Source: an uncultured delta proteobacterium
GTDB lineage: Bacteria; Desulfobacterota; Zymogenia; Zymogenales; Zymogenaceae
Reading direction: 5' to 3'
Length of the DNA stretch: 64,000 nt
NCBI GenBank assembly: GCA_963792965.1
Contig: CAWBYW010000009.1
Location: 96,001-160,000, forward strand
Positions 28,773 through 39,799 of the stretch are shown piece after piece. Each line of letters opens with the position of its first letter. The stretch's first letter is position 1. Below the pieces are notes generated by a model that had not been told where the DNA came from, made no database searches, and saw only the letters and a program-made list of their open reading frames with translations. The translations under genes and the position numbers were made by a program.

Positions 28773-30473
28773 ATGCTCGTTGATCTGTCCATACGCAACT
28801 TCGCCATCATCGATGAGCTCTCCGTGACTTTTTCGCGCGGCCTCAATATCCTCTCCGGGGAGACGGGGGCGGGAAAGTCGATCATCATCAACGCCGTCAA
28901 CCTGATCCTCGGCGATCGCGCCGCAAACGACCTCATCCGCACCGGCTCCGAGGAAGCCGTTGTCGAGGCGACTTTCACGCTCCCCGAAGATAACCCGATC
29001 CACCAGTTCCTCGCCGAAAAGGGGATCGACAACACGCGTGAGGGCCTTATCGTCAGGCGGGTCATCTCCCGAACGGGGAAGAACCGGACCTTCATCAACG
29101 GCGCCCAGGTCACCCTCTCGACACTCTCGGACGTCGGCGAGGAGCTCATCAACATCTCCGGGCAGCACGAGCACCAGACGCTCCTCATCCCCGACCGCCA
29201 CATAGATATCATCGACGCCTACAAGCGGCTATTTCCCCAGCGGGCCGAGGTGGCCGCGTCGGTCAAGCGGCTGAAAGCCCTCCTCGAGGAGTTCAAGTCC
29301 CACTCGCTCAACGAGGAAGAGAAGGCGCGGCGCATCGATTTTCTCAAGTTCCAGATCAAGGAGATCCAGGACGCAAAGCTCGTGCCCGGCGAGGAGCACG
29401 AGCTTAAGGCCGAGCGCGACCTGCTCGTCAACGCCGAGCGGCTCTTCAGAAACGCCGAGGAGGCCCACGAGCTCCTTTACTCGATGGAGGGCTCGGCGGC
29501 CGAAAAGATCGCGGCGTCTCTTGCCAGGATCAGGGAGATATCCGAGATCGACAAGACGCTGGCCCCTCTGCTTGAATCGCTCAACGGGGCGCTCTACGCC
29601 GTCCAGGACGCGGGCAAGGAGCTGGCCGCCTACGCCTCCCGGGTCTCCTTTGACCCCGACCGCCTCGAGGTGCTCGAGGCCCGGCTGAAGCTGATCGGGA
29701 CGCTCAAAAAGAAATACGGCAACTCGGACCAGGAGGTCCTTGACTTTCTGGCTCGGGCCGAAAGCGAGCTCTCGGGCATCGAGCGGGGGGAGGAGCGGAT
29801 CGAGGAGCTCGGGCGAGAGATTGAGGCGGAAAAGAAACGCGCGCTTTCCCTTGCCCTCACGCTCTCGGGGCAGAGGGAACAGGCCGCGCGGGAGTTCGGG
29901 GCGGCGGTCGAATCGGAGGTCTCGTCCCTTAACATGAAGGGGACGAGGTTTGTGATCTCCATCAGGCGGGATAAGGCCGCCCCCACGGAGGACCTCTGTG
30001 CGGACGGCTATCTGTTGACAGTGCGGGGCATCGATAAGGTCGAGTTCCTGATCGCCCCCAACGTCGGCGAAGAGCCCCGGGCGATGGCCAGGATCGCCTC
30101 CGGCGGCGAGCTGTCGCGAATCCTGTTGGCGATGAAGAAGACGCTTGCGGCAACCCAGGTCATCCCGACGCTGGTTTTCGACGAGGTCGACGCCGGGATC
30201 GGCGGGGCGACAGCCGAGGTCGTGGGCAAGAAGCTCAAAGAGGTGAGCCGCTTCCAGCAGGTCATCTGCATCACGCATCTGGCGCAGATCGCGGGCTTTG
30301 CCGACACGCACTACACCGTGGCGAAGCAGTCACGCGGCGACAGGACCGTTACCTCGATGGAGCGGCTGTCGGCCGACGAGCGGGTTATGGAGATCGCCCG
30401 GATGCTGTCCGGCGAGAAGATCACCCAGATCACGATTAACCACGCCAAGGAGATCATCGAATCGTCACGGTGA
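28773..30473 (+). CDS. recN: DNA repair protein RecN
   Basis: GETGAGKS, GQHEHQ, ASGGELSR, FDEVDAGIGG. Confidence 0.97.
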   Translation: MLVDLSIRNFAIIDELSVTFSRGLNILSGETGAGKSIIINAVNLILGDRAANDLIRTGSEEAVVEATFTLPEDNPIHQFLAEKGIDNTREGLIVRRVISRTGKNRTFINGAQVTLSTLSDVGEELINISGQHEHQTLLIPDRHIDIIDAYKRLFPQRAEVAASVKRLKALLEEFKSHSLNEEEKARRIDFLKFQIKEIQDAKLVPGEEHELKAERDLLVNAERLFRNAEEAHELLYSMEGSAAEKIAASLARIREISEIDKTLAPLLESLNGALYAVQDAGKELAAYASRVSFDPDRLEVLEARLKLIGTLKKKYGNSDQEVLDFLARAESELSGIERGEERIEELGREIEAEKKRALSLALTLSGQREQAAREFGAAVESEVSSLNMKGTRFVISIRRDKAAPTEDLCADGYLLTVRGIDKVEFLIAPNVGEEPRAMARIASGGELSRILLAMKKTLAATQVIPTLVFDEVDAGIGGATAEVVGKKLKEVSRFQQVICITHLAQIAGFADTHYTVAKQSRGDRTVTSMERLSADERVMEIARMLSGEKITQITINHAKEIIESSR

Positions 30474-30548
30474 TGTGACGTCACTGCAAGCGATACAAAG
30501 CAATCCCTTTACTACTTCGAGAGCTTCAGGAAAGAGAACAGGAAGGTT

Positions 30549-31006
30549 ATGATTCGCAAAGCAAAAGTCCAGGACATCCCGGCCATCAGGAAGCTGATCG
30601 AGCCCTACGGCAAAAGCGGGGCGATGCTGCCGGTATCGCTCTCGGAGATCTACGACCGGATTAGGTCGTTTGTCCTGTTCGAGGACGAGGGGGGCGCCAT
30701 CGTCGGGGTGGCGGCGCTGCACATCTCGTGGGACGACCTTGCCGAGATCAGGTCCCTTGCCGTGACAAAGGAATACAAGAAAAAGGGGATCGGCCGCCGG
30801 CTTGTCAGACAGGTGCCTTGTGGAGGCGAAAGAGCTGGGCGTCGGGCGCGTCTTTGTCCTGACCTACCTCCCGGAATTTTTTAAGAAGCTCGGTTTTGCA
30901 GGAATTCGACAAGGCCAAGCTCCCCCATAAGATCTGGACCAACTGCCTTAAGTGCGTCCACTTCCCCGATTGCGACGAGGTGGCGCTGATCAGGGAAATC
31001 ACGTAG
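30549..31006 (+). CDS. Short ArgA-type GNAT N-acetyltransferase (frameshifted)
   Basis: WDDLAEIRSLAV; in a shifted frame LPHKIWTNCLKCVHFPDCDEVAL. Confidence 0.85.
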
Positions 31007-31088
31007 GCGCCGATCGCCGAACGGCGTCGGGCGCCTCTTAGCCAAGATGTGCGGGAAAACGTTTCCCGCTTACTCGATGGAGGATACC

Positions 31089-32436
31089 ATGAAACGTTTC
31101 GACGCGGATATCGTCATCGTCGGCGGCGGCACCGCCGGCTCTTACACCGCCTGGCGGCTGGCCGAGCGGGGCCATAAGGTCCTCGTCGTCGAGAAGAAGA
31201 AGCGCGGGACGCTCGGCTCCCATATCGGCATCTTCCACATGGACGAGATCAGGTTTGCCGAGTTCGGCGTCCCGATACCCTCGGGCAAGGAGCTGATCGG
31301 ACACTATGAGGACGGGCTGGCCTGGCCGCCGGACGGCAACAAGACAAAGAAGGTCAATTACGCCTTTTACGTCATGGAGCTTCCCCTCTTCATAGTAAGG
31401 ATGCAAAAATACGCGGAAGAGGCGGGGGCCGACTACCTCTTCGAGACCCAGTATGCCGGCCCGATCCTTTCGGGAGGGAAAGGTCTCAGGGATCCGGGTC
31501 AAAAAGGGCTCGGAGAGCGTCGATATCCCGGCAAAGATCGTCATCGACGCCTCGGGAGTCGACGCCGCCGTCCGCACGTCGCTCCCGAAAAGCATGGGGC
31601 TCGAAACCGACCCCATCAAGCCCGCCGACTTCCTCTACGTCATTTTGCAGTATTGGGACGACGTCGAGGGGAAGAAGACGGGGAAATTCCCCACGGGCCT
31701 GAATTTCTACCCATTCCACAAAGCCTTCATCAACCCGAGCTACGGCAACGGCTCCATCGTCGGCATCGGCCAGCCCGGCAGCCTCGAGACGGCCGAAAAG
31801 ATACAGGCCGAGTTTCTCGCCGAGCGCTTCCCACACGTTAAGCACAAGCTCGTGCGCAAGACATGGGGGAAGACGCCCTTCCGGCGTCCGCCGCTCTCCT
31901 CGTGGCGGACGGGTTCATGACGGTGGGGGACGCCGCCTTCATGACCAAGCCCTTCTCGGGCGAGGGAGTCACCTCGGGTTTCACCGCCTGCCGGATTGCC
32001 GCCGAGACGGCCGACAGCGCCATCAAGAAGGGCGATACGTCCAAGGCGGCCCTGTGGGACCTCAACACGCGCTATTTTTGCGACCAGGGGGCAAAATTCG
32101 CGGGGCTGTTCGCCCAGCTCCCCGCCGCCGCCGAGCTCTCGAGGGGCGACGTGAATTATCTCTTCCAGGAAGATATCATCTTTTCCTCCTTCGACTTCGA
32201 GTCGATGAACAGGGATTTCGAGGTGAAGATGGGCCTCGGGAGGCTCCTCTCCGTCGCCACAAAATTGATCAGGGGGCGGCTTTCCGGGCGGACTGTCGAA
32301 AGAGGGGTTCGGCGCGCTCCTTTCGGCCATGGGGATCGCCGGCAAGATCAGGAAGCACTACGAGGCCTACCCCACGGACCCCGCCGCCTTCCCGGCCTGG
32401 GAGAAGCGGGCGCGCGAGCTCTGGGGGGAATCGTAG
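31089..32436 (+). CDS. FAD-dependent oxidoreductase, geranylgeranyl reductase-like (several frameshifts)
   Basis: IVGGGTAG, IDASG, VGDAAFMTKPFSGEG across three ORFs. Confidence 0.8.
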
Positions 32437-32442
32437 CTCTCC

Positions 32443-32979
32443 ATGCGCATCGCGGTGATTTCCGATACCCACGGCAACGTCGACGGGGCGCGGCTTGTCC
32501 TGATGACGTTCCCCGATATTGATCTCGTGGTTCATCTCGGCGACCACGCCGCCGACATCGACGCGCTGGCGGCCGATCTCCCCTGCCCCGTGGTCGGCGT
32601 CCTCGGCAACGAGGACCGGACCCGGGACGGGCCGACGGAGCTCGTCATTCCGGCGGAATCGATACGCCTCTTCCTCACCCACGGCCATCGCTTCGACCTC
32701 AACCCGTACCTCCCTAAGGAGAAATGGGAGCGGCGGCTGGACATGATCGTTGCCGCGGCAAAAAAGGAGTGGGCGCGCGTCGCGCTCTTCGGCCACACCC
32801 ACAAGGCATTCCTCGAGGAGAGAGACGGCGTGTTGCTGGTCAACCCCGGGGACTTCTACCCGGGAGGGGAGTATTCATCGATCGCCATACTGACTATCCA
32901 TGACAAAAGCATATCGGCCGAGGTCTTTCGTTTTGACCGAAAATTCAACCGCAGCCTCCTTTTCTCGTACCCGAAATAG
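32443..32979 (+). CDS. YfcE-like metallophosphoesterase
   Basis: SDTHG, HLGD, GNED, THGH, GHTH, NPG. Confidence 0.9.
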   Translation: MRIAVISDTHGNVDGARLVLMTFPDIDLVVHLGDHAADIDALAADLPCPVVGVLGNEDRTRDGPTELVIPAESIRLFLTHGHRFDLNPYLPKEKWERRLDMIVAAAKKEWARVALFGHTHKAFLEERDGVLLVNPGDFYPGGEYSSIAILTIHDKSISAEVFRFDRKFNRSLLFSYPK

Positions 32980-33000
32980 CACTTCGTGGACGGACGCCCG

Positions 33001-33649
33001 ATGTGGTTTGCGACGACAAAGAGATTCTTTTTCGAGGGCGTCGGTAGCCGCCGCCGTGCTCTGTGCCTTATTCTGTTCTTCCTGTGCCGGCGGGGCCCTA
33101 TCGTCTCTACTCCCTTAAAGATTCATCTTTTACGCCCCTTTCCCGCCCCATAGACCCAGCCTCCGATTCCACGCTCACGCTCCCTCGCCTCCCCGCGGGC
33201 TGGGAGGTCCTCTCGGCGGACCGGGCCGACGTTAACGGCGACGGGATCGATGAATTCGTCCTCTCCGTTCGCCGCCCCTGGCGCGACTGGCCGATCATGA
33301 GGTGGCACGGGGGGAAAAGCCCCATCGCCGACTGTCACGATCGCGAGATGATGAGCTCGCACCTCATCGTGCTCCGTCCCGACGGGAGCGAAGTTTGGGC
33401 CGGCTCCCCCTTCCCCGGCCGATCGGTAAGCTCCGTGCGGGCGATATCGACGGCGACGGGAAGGTCGAGGTCGTCACCCTCGAAGGGGACTACGCCCGGT
33501 GGCCGAACGGCCCGGCCGTCCGGATCGACGTGTGGAGGTGGGACGCCTTCGGCTTTAAGCTCGTCCACCGCTCGGACGAAGGCGCGTTCCGTGAGCTCTT
33601 CTTGCGCGATATCAACAATGATGGTATAGTTGAGATTATCGTCCGATAA
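33001..33649 (+). CDS. Exported protein with DxDGDG (FG-GAP-like) loops (frameshifted)
   Basis: Lipoprotein-like N-terminus from 33001; DVNGDGIDE, DIDGDGKVE, DINNDGIVE spread over split ORFs. Confidence 0.6.
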
Positions 33650-33671
33650 CAGAGAAAGATAGGAGGAACCC

Positions 33672-35748
33672 ATGAAACCCTATCATGTCGACTATCTCTG
33701 TTTGTCATCATGTGCATAATCCTTTCGGGCCTTGCCGTCACGTTTGCGTGCCGAGGAGCCCAAGAGCTCCTTTTCGCCCTACAAGGAAGTCCCCGTCTCG
33801 CTTCCGGGGGCATACAAAGGCTATACACTGCCGGTCAGGGCGGCCGATATCGCCAACCTCGCCCAGTTCAAGCTCCCGACAGGTAAGATAGAGGCACTTA
33901 CCCAAACCGGCTTTTTCGTGGCGCCGGGAACGTCCAAGGAATTCTTTCAGCTCTACGACGAGGGGCTCTACGACAGGGTCCCGACCTTCATCACCACAGA
34001 CTCGATGCTCCACGTCTTCCACCTCATTTTCGACAAGGTGCTGCGTGACCTCGAGCAGAAGCGCTTCGAGCCGGATATCCGCGCGCTCTCGACGGGCTGC
34101 CGGATCGAGGCGGAAAGGCTCTACCGTGAGCTCAAGGATACCGAGCTTGCCGAGCCGTCCCGGCACGTCCTTGCCTATTTCTCGGTCGCGGAAAGTCTGC
34201 TCGTCCCGGGTTCCCCCGTGCCCCCCGCCGTGGCCGATCTGGTGAAGGGCGAGCTTTCCCTCATCAACGGCGCCGCGGGACTCGGCACAAGCGTCGTCTT
34301 CCCGACGATGACCGAGGACTACTCCCAGTACATTCCCCGCGGCCACTACACGAAAAGCGAGACGCTGAAGCGCTACTTCAAGGCGATGATGTGGTACGGC
34401 CGCATCACCTTCCGGCTGAAAAACCCCGATGAGACGAAGATGGCACTTCTGGTCACCTATATCCTGAAGCACGCAAAGGCGGCGGACGGCACGCCGGTCT
34501 CCACACTCTGGGAGCGGGTATACGAGCCGACCTCCTTTTTCGTCGGCGGGTCCGACGACCCCTCGTATAGAGAATACGGGGCGCTGGCCGATACGGTCTT
34601 CGGCGCGGGCGCGCTTCCGGAGAAATTCGGCGATGAAAAGCTCCTGGCGCGGTTCATCGACGAGGCCAAAAAACTCCCCGCCCCACGGATCAACTCGATG
34701 TGGGTCACCATCTTTGAGAACACGGAAGAGGCCACCCGGGGCTTTCGGCTCATGGGAAGCCGCTTCGTCATCGACGCCTACATCTTCGAGAACCTGATCT
34801 GGCGTCGCGTCGGCACCATCGATAATCCGAGGATGCTCCCCTCGCCCCTGGACGTGATGGCCGCCCTCGGCTCGAAAGAGGCATACGCCATCCTCGATAA
34901 AGAGGGGGAAACGAAGTACAAGAACTATAAAGAGAACATGGCTGCGATGAAGACGGAGATCACGGCGCTGCCCGGTGATTCGTGGACGCGCACCCTCTAT
35001 TCGGCCTGGCTCTACGCGATGATGCCGCTATTGGACCAGAAAGACGCGCGCTATCCCGCCTTCATGCGGACCGAAAAATGGGCCGCCAAGGACCTCAACT
35101 CGGCCGTGGGCTCCTATACCGAGCTCAAACACGACACGATCCTCTACGCAAAGCAGGTCATGGCCGAGGCCGGGGGGGAAGAGATGCCGGAGGTTCAGGG
35201 CTGGGTGGAGCCCGAGCCCTATGTCTGGGCGCGGCTTCTGTCGCTGGTGCGCATGATGCGTGACGGCCTTTCTTCCCGGGGTCTGCTCGATGACGAGCAT
35301 GGGCGGATGTTGGACGACCTCGAAAGCGACGTAAGCTTCCTGCTGGACGTGACCAACAAAGAGCTGGCGGGCGCACCCATCGACCCCGGAGAATAATGAC
35401 CGGATGATGTACTGGGGCGAGCATCTGGAGTGGCTGACGCTTAACGCCGCGGACACCGAGGGAGAGGGACGGCCCTATTTTGAGGACATCGATGCGGCGC
35501 TGGCGGCCGACGTAGCAACCGGCGGTGACCAGGCCCTTGAGCTCGCCACGGGCAGGATCAACGAGATTTACGTCGTCGTTCCGAACGGCCGGGGAAAGCT
35601 CGAGGTAGCCCGGGGAGGCGTCTTTTCGACCTACGAGTTCACGGTGCCCGTATCGGGGCGGCTCACCGACGAGGCATGGAAGGCGATGTTGGGCGCGGGC
35701 ACGGCCCCCGCAGCGCCGGAGTGGACAAACGTCTTTATGACCAAATAG
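33672..35748 (+). CDS. DUF3160 domain protein (frameshifted)
   Basis: FITTDSMLH, DYSQYIPRGHY, YFKAMMWYGR, ELKHDTILYAKQ, RLTDEAW; RBS AGGAGG. Confidence 0.8.
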
Positions 35749-35823
35749 GAAAGACGCCAAACGACGCGCGGGCGGCCTCTTGGCCGCCCGCGCATCCCAA
35801 CTCTCTATGCCGTTTTTCCGGAC

Positions 35824-35988
35824 CTACCTTGTATCGAGAAACATCACCGCCTCGTATTCCGAAAATCCCTGCCGCTCCCAGAAGGGCCGCCCGATCGTGT
35901 TGCGCGCGGCGATTCTAAGCTCGATCCGGGCAATCCCCCGACCGAGAAACCATTCCTCGATATGGCGCACCAGCATCGTTCCGATTCC
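35824..35988 (-). pseudogene. C-terminal half of a GNAT acetyltransferase
   Basis: GIGTMLVRHIEEWFLGRGIARIELRIAARNTIGRPFWERQGF...*; no N-terminal half. Confidence 0.6.
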
Positions 35989-36003
35989 GGGAAATGAGAT
36001 AGC

Positions 36004-37356
36004 CTACTGCCCGCTGAGATCTACCCCCTCCACCAGGAGAGACGGCGCGCCCACCCCACCGAAAAACCTCAGGTCGCTCCCGACGGCCACGGCCCGGCTC
36101 AGCATCGAGATGAGGTTGCCCGCCACGGCCCCCTCCTTGAAAGGGAAGAGCCTTTCGCCGTTCTCGAACACGAACCCGGAGGCCCCCACGGAGAACTCCC
36201 CCGTCACGGGGTTTGCCGTGTGCACCCCCATCAGCTCCGTGATGATAACGCCGCGCACCGCTTCCGCGACCAGCGAGTCGGGGCTTTTCCTCCCGCCGAC
36301 AATAAAAAGATTACTCGGGGACGGCATCGGCGGGGTCATCACCCCGTCGCGCGCCGACGAGCCGGTCGGCCTCACCTGTGCCCTCCGCGCGGACAACAGG
36401 TCGTACAAAAAGCCCTTGAGCACCCCCCTGTCCACGAGCTTGTGTCTGCCCCTCACGATCCCTTCGTCGTCCACCGGAGAACTCGCCACGCCGCCGGGCA
36501 TGATCCCGTCGTCGATGACGGTGATCTTCTCCGAGAATATCTTCTCGTGTTCCCTGCCGGCCAGGGCCGACTTGCCCTTGAGGACGTTTTCGGCCAGAAA
36601 CGACGATGAGAGCACCCCGAGGAGCTCCCCTACTACCTCGTTTATCAACAGCGCCGTGTACTTTCCCGTGGGGGCCTTCTGGGCGCCGAGCCTCTCGACC
36701 GCCGTCAGGCCCGCCCGCTTTCCCACAAGGTACGGATCGAGCCCCTCGTACCCGATTGAAAAATCGGCGTCGTAGGCCATCTCCTGCTCGCCGTCTTGCT
36801 CGGCCATTGCCATGACCTGTGCGGAGACAACGCTCTTTTTGTAGCTGATATCCACGCCGAGGGAGTTTCTGAGAAAGACCTCATACGAAGACTCGGCGTA
36901 CCGCGCGCCCCGCACCCGCACAACCCTCGGGTCCGCGGCAAGCGCCCCCTCCTCCACCAAGCGTGCCCGCGTGATCTTGTCGGCCAGCGGCGCCTTTTCG
37001 ATCGCGTCGTCGAAGATCACTCCCGTCTCGGGGAGTGAGCCCACCGGACCGGCAAGCGCGTAGTGCTCATCCGGGGTGGAGTTGCGCGCGCTTCCCACAG
37101 CGCTCTCGACCATCGTCTCGATCGCGGGGTCGTCGGGCAGCGTCGAGAACGAAAATCCCATCCCGCCGTCCACGATCACCCGGAGCGCTACCCCGTAAGG
37201 CTCGGAGAACTTGAAGTCCTCGGTCTCTTTTCCCTCCGATTCGATGGAGAGGCGCTTGGAGGCGGTATAGAAGAGCTCGTAGGTGTCGATCTTTTTTGCC
37301 GAGAGGCGATCGACGATCTTTTCCGCAACCCTTCCGAAATTTCTCGCGTGATCCAT
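36004..37356 (-). CDS. pmbA: TldD/PmbA family protein (PmbA-like)
   Basis: DDEG, GVHTANPVTGEFSVGASG; no HExxH seen. Confidence 0.88.
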   Translation of the reverse strand: MDHARNFGRVAEKIVDRLSAKKIDTYELFYTASKRLSIESEGKETEDFKFSEPYGVALRVIVDGGMGFSFSTLPDDPAIETMVESAVGSARNSTPDEHYALAGPVGSLPETGVIFDDAIEKAPLADKITRARLVEEGALAADPRVVRVRGARYAESSYEVFLRNSLGVDISYKKSVVSAQVMAMAEQDGEQEMAYDADFSIGYEGLDPYLVGKRAGLTAVERLGAQKAPTGKYTALLINEVVGELLGVLSSSFLAENVLKGKSALAGREHEKIFSEKITVIDDGIMPGGVASSPVDDEGIVRGRHKLVDRGVLKGFLYDLLSARRAQVRPTGSSARDGVMTPPMPSPSNLFIVGGRKSPDSLVAEAVRGVIITELMGVHTANPVTGEFSVGASGFVFENGERLFPFKEGAVAGNLISMLSRAVAVGSDLRFFGGVGAPSLLVEGVDLSGQ

Positions 37357-37490
37357 AACAAAGCCCTCCGGCGATTATTTATAAATGATACCAGACTGGA
37401 CCTCGGCTGTCAAACAACGGCGTCGATTACATTTGCCGACCGTCCGTTTTTCGGCTATACTCACCCCAGAAAAACTCGTCAGGTTTCCCC

Positions 37491-38186
37491 ATGCCCAACC
37501 CCGTCACCGTCAAGAGCCTTTTTGCCGCCGTCGCCAGGCGTTACGATCTCCTCAACCACGTCCTCTCGCTTTCGATCGATCGCATCTGGCGAAGGCGTCT
37601 CGTCTCCCTCTCGGGCGTCACGGACGGCGCGCGCGTGCTGGATATATGCGCCGGCACGGGCGATATCGTCATCGCGTTTCTGAGGGCCACGCGCTACGGG
37701 CACGTCGTCGGCCTCGATTTTTCCCGCGAGATGCTCGCCGTCGGAAGAGAGAAACTCGACGCGTGGGGGAGGGGAGCTGGGGCCGCACTCGTCTGCGGCG
37801 ACGCGCTTGTCCTTCCCTTTGCCGACGACACGTTTGACGTGGCGACGATGGGCTTCGGGCTGAGGAACCTGGCCGATTACGGGCGGGGGATAGAGGAGGC
37901 GGCCCGGGTTTTAAGGCCCGGGGGGAAACTCTTGATCCTCGAGTTCGCTCCGCCGAGGGGAGGGCTCTTCGCGCTCGCGTACCGCGTCTACCTCAGGCTC
38001 CTCATACCCATCATCGGCGGGGTCCTGACCGGGAGGCGTGAAGCGTATGAACACCTGTCGGACACAATCGCGGGGTTCCTGAGGCCGGAGGAGGTGCTCG
38101 CCCTCATGGAGCAGGCCCGTCTCGTAAACCGAACCGCTCATCCTCAGACGTTAGGCATTGCGTATATCTACATCGGTAGGAAATAA
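37491..38186 (+). CDS. ubiE: Ubiquinone/menaquinone biosynthesis methyltransferase
   Basis: YDLLNHVLSL, LDICAGTGD, FGLRN, RVLRPGG. Confidence 0.9.
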   Translation: MPNPVTVKSLFAAVARRYDLLNHVLSLSIDRIWRRRLVSLSGVTDGARVLDICAGTGDIVIAFLRATRYGHVVGLDFSREMLAVGREKLDAWGRGAGAALVCGDALVLPFADDTFDVATMGFGLRNLADYGRGIEEAARVLRPGGKLLILEFAPPRGGLFALAYRVYLRLLIPIIGGVLTGRREAYEHLSDTIAGFLRPEEVLALMEQARLVNRTAHPQTLGIAYIYIGRK

Positions 38187-38373
38187 CACTAATGGCATCC
38201 GGTGATTGCGAGGGACGCTTGTTGGCACCGGGGGAGTATACCGAGGAGGTGTTGAGGGAGACGCTGGGGATGTTCAAGGGCGAGATCGAGCGAGTCAAGG
38301 GGCGGGCGATAAAAATGGCCGTTTTCGATCCGGCCCTTTCCGTTCTTTTCCGGCGCCCGACCTTTCCGATTCC

Positions 38374-39045
38374 TCACAAGATGCCGTAAAGTGAATAAAG
38401 CCCGAAACCGGCGATGAGAATCCCGGAAAGATAGTTGACGGCCTTCATTGTTTTCCGGCTTATGATCCTCCTGGATAGCTCGGTGGTGCCGCAAAGAATG
38501 AGCCACCATATGCTTGAGCCGCAAAACACCCCTAATACTAACAATGTCGGCGAAAAATAGTCGCCTTCCGTTGTCCCCAGTCGTATGCTCGCGAAGACGG
38601 CCGTAAAAGAGAGTATCGTTATGGGATTGGTAATCGTCAGAAGAAACGTGGACAAAAAGCCTTTGAATATCTTCCCCCTTTCTCCGGTGCCTCCGCCCTG
38701 AATATGGACTCCCCCCCTTCCTGCTGATTCTTCTCCTTCCCGCCACGCGGTAAGCTCCGCCGGCTCAGCCGTAAGGACCTTACACCCAAGGTAGCACAGG
38801 AAGATGCCTCCGCCGAGACGGAGAAAAAACTGTTTCCCGATGAAAAAAGCAGATACGGCCGTAAGCCCGAATGCGGCCACACTGCCGTATATTGCGTCGG
38901 CGACGGCTACTCCCAAGGCGGCCGTCACCCCCAGCAGAAAACCACGGGTTATCGTTCGTCGAATGCAGAAAATCCCTATCGGGCCGACGGGCGCGGCGAT
39001 CGAAAAACCTATGACTAATCCCTTCAAGAGGAAACCGAATTTCAT
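38374..39045 (-). CDS. LysE family translocator
   Basis: GFSIAAPVGPIG, LTITNPITI. Confidence 0.9.
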   Translation of the reverse strand: MKFGFLLKGLVIGFSIAAPVGPIGIFCIRRTITRGFLLGVTAALGVAVADAIYGSVAAFGLTAVSAFFIGKQFFLRLGGGIFLCYLGCKVLTAEPAELTAWREGEESAGRGGVHIQGGGTGERGKIFKGFLSTFLLTITNPITILSFTAVFASIRLGTTEGDYFSPTLLVLGVFCGSSIWWLILCGTTELSRRIISRKTMKAVNYLSGILIAGFGLYSLYGIL

Positions 39046-39249
39046 GGTGGGTACCCTGCCATTCCCGTAATCGGCTTAACCTCCCCCTCCAACTCGGGTC
39101 TCGAGCCGGATTATCAACAAGTGAGGGTCGTGATAAACAAAGAGGAGATAATTCCTCATCCCCTCATCTCTTATGATGAAGAAACAGAGTGAGTCAATCG
39201 TAAACCGCGTCCCGTGACGACGCCTGCCTGTTTTGACTCGCGGCGTCCC

Positions 39250-39684
39250 TTAGTGCATCGTCCCCTCGTGCTCATCCCAAAAGAAGGCCGTGCGGGCGCT
39301 TTCGATCTTTTCGATTTCCGACAGGAGGAAGGTGAGGCGGGGGAGCATCGTGAGGTAGCGGCGGGTTCCCTTCTTCATCACCAATTCCTTGAGCTTTTTC
39401 AGCTTTTCCAGGTCCTTGGCGCCGAAGGTCTTTTCCTCTATCTTTTTCTCCACGTCGTCGAGGTATTTCCCGATGGAGTCGCGCTCGATAAGCGGCTTTG
39501 TCAAGAGCGTCAGCGGGGCAAAGAGGATCGCGAAGAAAGCGAGGAACAGCACTATCACCAGGCTAAATCGCGCCCCCGCCCCAAGGATCGTCACCGAGGC
39601 GAGAAACGACACGATTACCGCGCAGAATGTCCCCACCGTAAGGATGAATTGGCCCGATATGCGAAGTCGATCAGACAGCGACAT
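39250..39684 (-). CDS. Hypothetical membrane protein (2 TM)
   Basis: Two hydrophobic helices followed by a charged tail. Confidence 0.6.
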   Translation of the reverse strand: MSLSDRLRISGQFILTVGTFCAVIVSFLASVTILGAGARFSLVIVLFLAFFAILFAPLTLLTKPLIERDSIGKYLDDVEKKIEEKTFGAKDLEKLKKLKELVMKKGTRRYLTMLPRLTFLLSEIEKIESARTAFFWDEHEGTMH

Positions 39685-39799
39685 AGAGAAATCTGTTTTG
39701 TTGTTTGGTCGCCAATGACACACTCGGCTCGACGTCAACCGCGCGTCATATCAGGAGACGTCACGCCGAGTAACTACGTACGGCGTCAACATCATTCCT

